From: Octopus vulgaris | Lineage: Eukaryota | DNA: 64,000 nucleotides | Assembly: GCA_951406725.2 (NCBI GenBank) | Contig: OX597839.1 | Span: forward strand, 8,122,001-8,186,000 | Direction of reading: 5' to 3' | Made by a program: the position numbers and the translations under genes | Shown here: in pieces, positions 54,097 through 64,000 of the stretch | Numbering within the stretch: position 1 is the first letter of the stretch | Layout of the letters: each line of letters opens with the position of its first letter | The notes under the pieces: model-generated | Told to the model about the DNA's origin: nothing | The model's input: only the letters and a program-made list of their open reading frames with translations | Databases searched by the model: none

Positions 54097-54164
54097 TATT
54101 ATTATTATTATTATTAAGACAGAGCGCTGGACGAAATACTTAGCGGTATTTCGCCCGTCACTAC

Positions 54165-55870
54165 GTTCGTTCATTCATTTATTCACTCGTTCGGTTCTCA
54201 TTGTGTGCTTTGTGACACTTGAGGCGACAGCAAGATCATTCCACCTTCCAGCACTGACAGCGTCCTCCATTTCTAACCCTCTGCTTTTAAGATCTTCTGC
54301 GCCGCGTTACCTTTGCTTGGCCATAACTTCTTTCACCTTGTGGAACAGGTTGCAAAGCGATCCTGACAATTGAGTTCGGTTTATAGCGACAAAACTCGAC
54401 CCAGCCATTTCCATCTCCTTGCTTAAATAGTTCCTTTTATTGGTTTCTCATTAGCCTTACTGTGTAGATGGCTATTCGATATCATATTCGGCCAGTAGAC
54501 CTCCAAAATGTTCTGTAAACATTTATTTTGAAATACCTCCAATTTCTTTTCGATACGTTTGGTTGTTTTCCAACATTTGGATTCATAGAGGTGGATAATA
54601 AGTATGTTGCTTTTGTAAAATCGTATTTTGGTGCTCTTGTTGAGTATTGATTATTTCCATATTGAGTTTAACATACCGAAAGATTTGGTTGGCTTTGTTG
54701 ATTCTTGTATTTATTTCATGAATGCAGTCTCCATCCATTGTTATTTTGGTGCCTAGATAGTTAAATTCATCAACATTTGCGATTGGTTTGTCTTTCAAAG
54801 TCACATGGTCAGTGTCTGTTATATTTTTACAAAGAGCGTACGTTTTCTTCTTGATGATTTTGAAACCTACGGTGTTGGCTATTTGGCTAAGTCTTTCAGG
54901 TTTGTCATGTAAATCTTGCGGCGTGTACGAGAACAAACAAATGTCGCCTGCATAATCTAAATTTTCTAGTTGACTTGTGGTGCATTCTATACCTCGTTTA
55001 TATTCTTCTGTCGTTCATTGCATCAACCAATTCACTGCGAATGAAAATAAGATTGGTGATAACACGAATCTTTGATTGATTCCACTTTTGATTTCGAACG
55101 GATCTGTCAGTTTGTTGTTGCGTATAACTTGACATTCGAAGGTGTTTTCATACAATAAACGAATCATCTTGACTAATTTGTGTGTAAAAACAATAGTGCC
55201 TGAGAATCTTCCAAAGTGTATCTCGATGATGAATATCGAAAGCTTTTCAAAGTCAACAAACAGCATGCACAAAGATTAGTTCGAATATTTGACAATTACA
55301 AAAATTTTGTCGATACGTAATTTTCCTTTCCTGAATCCAGCTTACTCTCGGCGAAGTAATTGGTCTACTGCTTCTGGGATGCGCTGTAATATAATATGGG
55401 TGAATTTTTTACTGGTGATTGTTTGTACCCTCTCGAGCCATGCCTGGCTCATAAGGGTCGGTTTCCCGGTTTCTTGGCGTATAAGTTCCCCACCTGGATG
55501 GGACGCCAGTGAGCTGCAAGATGCAGGAGGAAAGAGTGAGAGGAAGTTGTGGTGAAAGAGTCAGCAGAAGTTTCGCCATTACCTTCTGCGTGGAACTTGG
55601 GTGTTTCGCTCATAAACACACATCGCCCGGTCTGAGATTCGAACCCACACTGGCGATTGATAATAGAGAGACCCCTCTCCAATTATTACAGTTTGATGCC
55701 TTTCTTTGGTAATTTCACAATGAGTCCTTTTTTCCAGCTGTTCGGTATTTCCTCATTAATACAGATAATTTGTAAAAAATTTTGGAAAATTATTGGTAAT
55801 GTTTTGACCTCTGCTTTCAGCATTTCAGCACAATCTCCATCTAATCCTCGTGATTTTCCCTTTTATAATT
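54165..55870 (-). pseudogene. RTE-clade LINE, 5'-truncated and decayed RT
   Basis: EEIPNSWKKGLIVKLPKKG, AGFRKG, FVDFEK, SGINQRFVLSPILF, LDYAGDICL, VDEFNYLGT, EINTRINKA; (TGAA)n-like tail; interrupted by a SINE. Confidence 0.9.
55422..55648 (-). mobile_element. SINE family R tail 3, 5'-truncated, inserted into the RTE
   Basis: TSD ACTGGTGATTG (55411) / ACTGGCGATTG (55649). Confidence 0.88.
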
Positions 55871-55872
55871 TA

Positions 55873-56272
55873 CGCGAGCTGGCAGAAACGTTAGCGCGCC
55901 GGGCGAAATGCTTAGCGGTATTTCATCTGCCGTTTTACGTTCTGAGTTCAAATTCCGCCGAGGTCAACTTTGCCTTTCATCCTTTCGGAGTCGATAAATC
56001 AAGTACCAGTTACGCACTGGGGTCGATGTAATCGACTTAATCCGTCTGTCTGTCCTTGTGTGTCCCCTCTATGTTTAGCCCCTCGTGGGTAATAAAGAAA
56101 TAGGTATTTCGTCTGCCGTTACGTTCTGAGTTCAAATTCCGCTGAGGTCAACTTTGCCTTTCATCCTTTTCGGAGTCGATGAATTTAATACCAGTTGCGT
56201 ACTGGGTTGATCTAATGGACTGGCTCCCTCCCCCAAAATTTCGGGTCTTGTGCCTAGAGTAGAACAGAATAC
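55873..56272 (+). mobile_element. SINE family M tandem dimer (tail a, then headless unit with tail b)
   Basis: GTTCTGAGTTCAAATTCCGC occurs at 55939 and 56123. Confidence 0.88.
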
Positions 56273-56415
56273 AGTTCTTCTCTCTCTTCCACTCTCTCTC
56301 TCTCTCTCTCTCAATCCCTCCCTCCCTCCCTCCCTCTCGCTCACTCACGCTCTTTGTCTTCTTTTCTTCCCTGTCTGGCTCTCTCTTTCTCATTATCTTC
56401 GTATTTTATAATCGA

Positions 56416-56716
56416 CTAGCAGTATCACCCGGCGTTGCTCGGGTTTGTAAGGGAAATAACTATATAAGCATTTTTAGAGAGTTACTTCCCTTATATAATG
56501 GCAAAAAAATGCATTGAAAATGGGAAAAAATGATGGTAATTTTTTTTTTTTACATCGTAGACTCATCGTAGACGCACGCTAATACCCAAAAGGGCTCGAT
56601 ATGAATCACGACTATAAGATACCCGGTTTTGGTTAAACTGCACCGCAAAATGTGGGAGTAGTTAGGAATCTAAATCGTAGGAGACAGACACACAACTTCA
56701 TTTTTATATATAAAGA
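56416..56716 (-). mobile_element. Non-autonomous Helitron (~300 bp)
   Basis: A|TCTTTATATATAAAAATG start; subterminal hairpin CCCGAGCAACGCCGGG; CTAG|T end. Confidence 0.85.
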
Positions 56717-57499
56717 TATCTCACGTGCATATAACAAGGTCAAACTTTTTGCATATGTGAAATACCGTTTGATTGATCCGACCGCGACAGATGTCTTCCC
56801 CATATTGCTATTTACCAATGAGTGATAGACATATTGGTCAAAGTCCCAACGGAATTTGAACTCCGAACATAAACATATAAGACAGAACCAATAGGAATAG
56901 AATCTTCAAATTCGCTCTATTACAATATGCTAATACTTGTCATTTCGTAATTTCCAAATATCTATCACTTTTACGATAGTGTCCACGTATGTAATACCAG
57001 GACGGGAAAAACAGCAAGAAAAATAACCATGTGATCCCATCTGCTTCGCCTTTATTTTCTAAATTTTGTGGTTAATGGATTTTAATGGCGTCGTCTCCCT
57101 TTAGAATTGAATTACCGCTCGATGGAGTTTTTTCGGACAAATTTAAATGCGTAATCTCAATTAAAGGAACTTTGCAATCCACAAAATTAGATGTGTGTGG
57201 CCCTTCTGTGCCAGTATTGATTAAGCAGGATAATCCTCTGAGATTATGTATTGCCATAATTTCGTGTTTCTCTCTTCAGTTTGCTATACATACATATATA
57301 TTATTGTTTTTAACTTTCACTTGCTGGGGCAAAATGGGTAAGACAGGGTAAATTTGCCTCTTCGATTCTTCAGAATTATATTTGAAAATATGTTCATACA
57401 CATCAATATCCATCCTTTGACATCAGAAAGATCTGAAATGTAAGAAAGACAAATTTAAATATCTATGTGAAATATAAGAAGCTCATAGAAAAATGGCAT

Positions 57500-57690
57500 A
57501 CTCTTTTACTTGTTTCAGTCATGTGACTGTGGCCATGCTGGAGCACCACCTTTCGTCGGGCAAATCGATCCCAGGACGTATTCTTTGTGAGCCTAGTACT
57601 AATTCTATCGGTTCTCTTTTCGCCGAACCGCTAAGTGACGGGGACGTAAAAACAGCAATATCGGTTGTCAAGCGATAGTGGGGGCGGGTG
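57500..57690 (-). mobile_element. SINE family C 3' half
   Basis: Matches the family tail. Confidence 0.85.
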
Positions 57691-57779
57691 GGACAAGCAC
57701 AGATACTCGCATACATACGTACATACATACATACATACGTACATACATACATACATACATACATACATACATACATACA

Positions 57780-57815
<36 letters not shown>

Positions 57816-57855
57816 TAGAGAGAGAGAGAGCGCGAGAGGGAGAGAGAGAGAGAGA

Positions 57856-57992
57856 TTTTCTTTCTGTGCTCCTATCTGTGGAAGAGCGTATGCTCGAAAC
57901 GTTAAAGGCTTTTTCACTTCCCGAGCGTTATACTATTACATCTGATTGTTGTCTACACCACATTCTCCTTTGTTTTTTTGTGAATTCTCCCT

Positions 57993-57995
<3 letters not shown>
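57856..57995 (+). mobile_element. Family H copy 7, inside the microsatellite of a family C SINE
   Basis: CTGTGGA-A-GAGCGTATGCTC-GAAAC-GTT-AAAG at 57876. Confidence 0.72.
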
Positions 57996-58044
<49 letters not shown>

Positions 58045-58046
<2 letters not shown>

Positions 58047-58640
58047 GACGGGCTTAATATATATATATATACGATGGGCTTCTTTCAGTTTCCGTCCACC
58101 AAATTCACTCACAAGGCTTTGGTCGGCCCCTGGCTATAGTAGAAGACACTTGCCCAAGTTGCCCCTTAGTGAGACTGAACCAGGTACTATGTGGTTGGGA
58201 AGCAATCTTCTTACCACACAGCCACTCATGCACCTATTTCTTACCTTTTATCGTTCACTTGCATCAGTCACTAGGCTGCGACCATGCTGGGGCACAGCCT
58301 CGAATTTTTAGTCGAACGAATCGGCACTATTAATTATGTTTTTATATTTTAAGAAATGATAGTATAGGTTTCTATCGCCGAATCTCTAAGTTACGGGGAC
58401 GCAAACACACCAACACCGGTTGTCAAGCGGTGGTGTGGGACAAACCTAGATATAAATACACACAGATACATATATATATATACATATATATCTATTCACG
58501 ACGGGCTTCTTTCAGTTTCCGTCTGCCAAATCCTCTCATAAGGTCGTCTCGAGGCTATAGTAGAAAACACTTGCCCACGGCGCCGCAGTGGGACTGAACC
58601 CGGAAACATGTGGTTGGGAAACAAGCTTCTTACCACACGG
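58045..58640 (-). mobile_element. SINE family C: 5' half (58045-58235) and a diverged full copy (58250-58640)
   Basis: Family motifs present. Confidence 0.8.
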
Positions 58641-58875
58641 CACGATGTATATATGTGTGTGTGTACGTGAATGTGTGTGTGTGTGTGTGTATTGAAATAT
58701 GACACGTTAAGGCACCGAAATGACGAAACATCCATGCCCATCACTCCTGAATGGGGCTTGGGATAACTTTCAGGTGTTTTAATACCTGACGCCTTAACAT
58801 AGTTATCTCCACCACGATATGTCGACGCCTACCGACAAACACGCTGCCCTTTGTGCGTTAATTATGTGTTTGATA

Positions 58876-59322
58876 TTTGTTGTTGTTGTTTGTTTCTTCT
58901 CGAGCCATGCCTGGCTCATAAGGGCCGGTTTCCCGGTTTCCTTGGCGTATAGGTTCCCCACCTGGACGGGACGCCGGTCCCTCGCAGGTGAGCTGCAAGA
59001 TGCAGGAGGAAAGAGTGAGAGAAAGTTGTGGCGAAAGAGTCAGCAGAAGTTCACCATTACCTTCTGCCGGAGCCGCCTTTGCCTTTCATCCTTTCGGGGT
59101 CGATTAAATAAGTACCAGTTATGCACTGGTGTCGATATAATCGACTTAATCCGTTTGTCTGTCCTTGTTTGTCCCCTCTGTGTTTAGTCCCTTGTGGGCA
59201 GTAAAGAAATAGGAGCTTGGGTGTTTCGCTCATAGACACACATATCGTCCCGTCTGAGATTCGAACCCGCGATCCCTCGACCGCGAGTCCGCTGCTCTAA
59301 CCACTAGGCCATGTGCCTCCAC
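58876..59322 (-). mobile_element. SINE family R tail 3 with a nested family M fragment (59075-59212, plus strand)
   Basis: Family R body interrupted by GCCTTTCATCCTTTCGGGGTCG...AAAGAAATAGG. Confidence 0.85.
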
Positions 59323-60007
59323 ATTTTTGTTGTATGTGTGTGTGTGTGTGTATCTGTGAGTGAGAGAGAGAGAGAGAGCCTGTGTGTGTGTGTGTGTATG
59401 TGTGTGTTTCTGCATCTATTTCCGCATAAAACCTTAATTTCAAACATAACTTTCTAATACCGCTAAATATCATGAAATGAAGGTTATCTCCCTTGTAATA
59501 AACGTGACCACCGACGTAAAACCCCCTCTCCATTTATTTCTCTCTTTCACTCCTTCTTTTATTCATGCCTAATTTCCTTTTTATCAGTCTTTGTCGTTCA
59601 TTGTCTTTCAATCGTTCAAGTATGCTTTCTTTCAAAATCTTCTATTTTCATTCGTTCCACTCACTGACTCATTCATTTTTTTTCCTAGGATTTCCAAACC
59701 CGCTTCATATTTGTCTCCACCCCTCCACCCTGCTTCATTTCCATTCCCATTGATGTTTATCTCTTCCTCACACCACTGCATCCCACAAAACAAACAAACA
59801 AACAACAAAAACACAATCCCTTCCCCCTCACCTCAGGTTCCCCACCCCCCCGTCCGCCCAAAAAACAAACAAACAAACACACGAACATCCAAACATCGTC
59901 CTATCTGCTGCGGTAATCATTACGATTCCTCCAATAACATCCTGTTGCTAGGGCCACGTCATGCATCTCAACAGCCAATCCCTTTCACATGTTGATTCGT
60001 CCGCCTT

Positions 60008-60055
60008 CTACTACTACCACAACTACTACTACTGCTACTACTACTACTACTACTG

Positions 60056-60087
<32 letters not shown>

Positions 60088-60364
60088 ACTACTACTACTA
60101 CTACTACTACTGCTACTACCACAACTTCTACTACTACTACTACTACCACTACCACTACCACTACTACCACTACTACTACCACTACTACCACCACTACTAC
60201 TACTACCACTACTACTACCACTACTACTACTACTACTACTACCACCCCCACCACTACTACTACTGCTACTACTACTACTATTACTACTACTACTACTGCT
60301 ACTACTACTACCACTACTACTACTACTACTACCACCACCACCACCACCACTACTACTATTACTA
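60008..60364. repeat. (CTA)/(CCA)/(CTG)n microsatellite
   Basis: Directly visible. Confidence 0.95.
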
Positions 60365-60449
60365 CACATTTACCTACAAAAAATTCCTTAGCATCATAAC
60401 TTTAACCATTCATTCCTCTGATCTTGATCTCACCTTACTCTCTCTTTCA

Positions 60450-60483
<34 letters not shown>

Positions 60484-60535
60484 AATCTATCTTTCACAGA
60501 CACACACACACACACAATCTCTCTCACACGCTCTC

Positions 60536-60568
<33 letters not shown>

Positions 60569-60621
60569 TTCACCTCAATTTGGTCGTCTTTCTTCCTCTC
60601 TTATACAGATATACATATGTC

Positions 60622-60690
<69 letters not shown>

Positions 60691-61504
60691 ACGATCGAAC
60701 ACACGCAGACGATCACACACACACACGCACATACACGCACACACACTCTCACACACACAGACATGTCCCTCTGTGTGTGTGTATATCTATTTATCTATCT
60801 ATCCAGTAGTGTATTGATCTATCGCTTTCTCTCTCATTTCGTTTTCACATTCTAAATCGCGCCTCTCGCGAATTCATTTCGTAAATCACGCCTTTTTTTG
60901 CCAAAAGAAAAAGAAAAACCAAAAATATATCTTCATCTTCATCATCATCGTCATCGTCTACTTTTCCTCCTCCCCCCTCTTCAAACTCCTCCTCTTCCCT
61001 TATCTCGGGCTTTATCGGCATCACTATACAGCACGCAGCCATAGGGTTGGTTCGTTTCCCGGAACTGTCTATGCTGGACAATCCCCTAGACAGGCAACTC
61101 TCTGAAACAACATAATGATTCAGGGAGACATCGCACAATGTGTCGCAATCATAATTGAACTTAACCCTATAGGAATTGTCTGCAACTTCCTGGCGTTCAT
61201 TATTATCCAAATATGGCAGTCCATAATAGCCGTCAGTGTTTTCTCGACTTCCTAGAGAAGAGATTTATCGTTAGATGAAAGACAACTCTATCAGAATAAG
61301 TAAGTCTATAGAGAGGTTTGTTTTCTCTATAACTGAACCACTTAATGTCGGAACACTGCAGTTCCATCGTTGGAGTTTAGTGTTACTTCTAATCCAAAGT
61401 TAATTGCGATGAAAATTTGAATTCTTATTACATCCAATACATTTTAAGGGAAGATAATTAACATTCACTTTAGGGGGAAAAAGTCTTATGGTTCTTTATG
61501 GTGA

Positions 61505-61587
61505 TGTAGTATTTGTATATGGTAAAGCGCTTCATATAGTCTTCTGTAGTATTTGTATATGGTAAAGCGCTTCATATAGTCTTCTGT
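61505..61587 (+). repeat. Perfect 40-bp tandem duplication
   Basis: TGTAGTATTTGTATATGGTAAAGCGCTTCATATAGTCTTC x2. Confidence 0.95.
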
Positions 61588-61704
61588 TTTTATTTGAGAG
61601 AATAGATGGGACTCAATGATTTTTGCTGTGTAGCTAAGCATTTTGTCCGACGTCCTAACGATTCTGCAGGCTCGCCAAACCATAAAGTGAGATTTTAAAA
61701 AAAT

Positions 61705-61923
61705 AAATAAATGTTTCCCGGTTTCAATGGCGTATGCGTTCCCCAGCTGGACGGGACGCCAGTCCATCGCAGCGTTACTCATTTTTGCCAGCAGAGTAGA
61801 CTGGAGCAACGTGAAATGAAGTGTTTTGCTCAAGAACACAACGCGTCGCCCGGTCCAGGAATCGAAACCATAATCTTACGATCGTAATGCTGACACCCTA
61901 ACCACTAAGCCACGCGCCTCCAC
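61705..61923 (-). mobile_element. V-SINE-like tRNA-derived element
   Basis: tRNA head, GTGTTCTTGAGCAAAACACTT, then CTGCGATGGACTGGCGTCCCGTCCAG. Confidence 0.85.
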
Positions 61924-62319
61924 AAAGTGAGACTACATTTTCTAAAATATTCTGTATCCTCTAATTCTCATTGCATAGTAGATAGGTTGTTGCACCCACG
62001 ATCGCAAGATTGTGATTTCGATTCCCGGACCGGGGAGGGGTTCACCTTCCTCCTTCTGCTTCTTCTTCTTCCCTACCAATAATTCACAACGACCTCAAAC
62101 CCACAAGAGTAAACAAGAGAGACAGAGACAGGCAGAAACAAGGAAAATGCCACTTGTATTTGAACACCATACAAATCATTTTTTTTTTTTAACTTTTCTA
62201 TTAATTTTTCTAAATTTAATTGTTTAATTGTTACAGTTGAAAAAGTCTCAATGACTGAAACCGGTACTGAAATGATTTTATAAAATTATTTTAGCATTTT
62301 CTATCTTGACTTTTTTTCC

Positions 62320-62598
<279 letters not shown>

Positions 62599-62606
62599 AT
62601 ACATAC

Positions 62607-62732
62607 GCGACGGGCTTCTTTCAGTTTCCAAAGCAACTCACAAACTTTGGTCGGTACGAGGCTATAGTAAAAGACTCTTGCTCAAGAGAGAACTGAATCC
62701 AGAACCATGGGAAGCTTCTTACCACACAGCCA
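62607..62732 (-). mobile_element. Decayed SINE family C 5' half
   Basis: CGACGGGCTTCTTTCAGTTTCC...CTTACCACACAGCC. Confidence 0.7.
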
Positions 62733-63220
62733 GTGGAGGCTGGTTTATCTAGGCCACCTATAAGCCAACCTGTTCTTCTGATTTTCCAGATGAGAAGATG
62801 CGTGCTTTGAAAGAAATGCGATTTCGCTGTTACTTCTAGCTGGTCGAAAGTACACGTGGATGCGCCCTACTTTTTGTGTGAATGTGAGCGCTCTCGAAAA
62901 CAAGTGCGCGCTTGTATGAATGGTACGTACTCATATGTGTCTACGAGCTTCTGAGAGCGTACGCGTGTATGATATTGCGAATATGATTTATAAATGATTT
63001 ATTATGTTCACTGGCAAAAATTCCAGTTTACATTGGAACACAAAGGCACAGTACACTGTATCAGTTGTTAGTTCATGTTTAGAATATATTTGATAAGTCA
63101 TCGGCTTAGATAAAAGTTAATTTATTATTTAATCCTAATGTATGTATATAAACAGACAAAAAACACAAAATACGTGTATGTGTATATATATATATATATA
63201 TATAATATATTGTATATTAG

Positions 63221-63264
<44 letters not shown>

Positions 63265-63459
63265 CATATACATATACATACACACACACATATATATATA
63301 TATGTATATACATGCAGGTCTGTGAATACATACGCTCATCTAGCATACACAAATACATGTATACATGTGTATACAAATATGTATATAACTCTTTATACAT
63401 ATACATATATGCATACTAATAAATATTTTTACGTGTATATATATGTGTGTTTATATGCA

Positions 63460-64000
63460 CATATGTATGTATGTACGTACGTATGCACGTATGCATTTAT
63501 GTATGTATGTACTTATGCATGTATGTACGTATGTATGTATGTATGTATGTATTTATGTATGAATGTATGTATTTATGTATGAATGTATGTATTTATGTAT
63601 GTATGTATGTATGTATGTATGTATGTATGTATGTATGCATGTATGCATGTATGTATGTATTTATGTATGTATGTATGTATGCATGTATGTATGTATTTAT
63701 GTATGTATGTATTTATGTATGTATGTATTTATGTATGTATGCATGTATGTATGTATTTATGTATGTATATATGTATGTATGCATGTATGCATGTATGTAT
63801 GTATGTATGCATGTATGTATGTATGTATGTACGTATGTATGCATGTATGTATGTACGTATGTATGCATGTATGCATGTATGTATGCATGTATGTATGTAT
63901 GAATGTATGTATTTATGTATGTATGTATGTATGTATGCATGTATGCATGTATGTATGTATTTATGTATGTATGTATTTATGTATGTATGTATTTATGTAT
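63460..64000. repeat. (TATG)n satellite with TGCA/TTTA variants
   Basis: Directly visible. Confidence 0.97.

Noticed and set aside
57245-57285. CUGAAGA...GAAA hammerhead-like motif on the minus strand (similar cases near 31495, 31925, 48985)
   Set aside because: Stem I cannot form or the GAAA is absent; likely chance
60845-61210. 121-aa minus-strand ORF
   Set aside because: Non-ATG start, no recognisable domain, acidic run derived from a simple repeat

Overview
AT-rich eukaryotic genomic DNA made almost entirely of microsatellites and transposable elements. The SINE types and the (TA)n/(ATT)n load suggest a cephalopod, probably Octopus (inference). No intact host protein-coding gene is supportable, and almost all listed ORFs are microsatellite translations. 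Recognisable content: (1) several tRNA-derived SINE families, one with at least four interchangeable tails; (2) a full-length but inactivated Tc1 element with IR/DR ends; (3) mariner, pogo/Tc2 and Helitron remnants and MITEs; (4) RTE, CR1/L2-like, R4/Dong-like and L1/Tx1 ORF1-like LINE fragments; (5) two decayed Penelope GIY-YIG segments. The most notable signals: (a) type I hammerhead ribozyme folds, including an 8-copy short element where 7 copies carry U instead of A at core position 6; (b) a 94-bp x10 array that appears to have grown from one arm of a Tc1-like MITE and shows an emerging dimeric higher-order repeat; (c) a near-perfect ~120-bp-arm palindrome; (d) a ~560-bp element found in (TAA)n tracts next to Dong-like fragments. 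Element boundaries were read by eye and are approximate.
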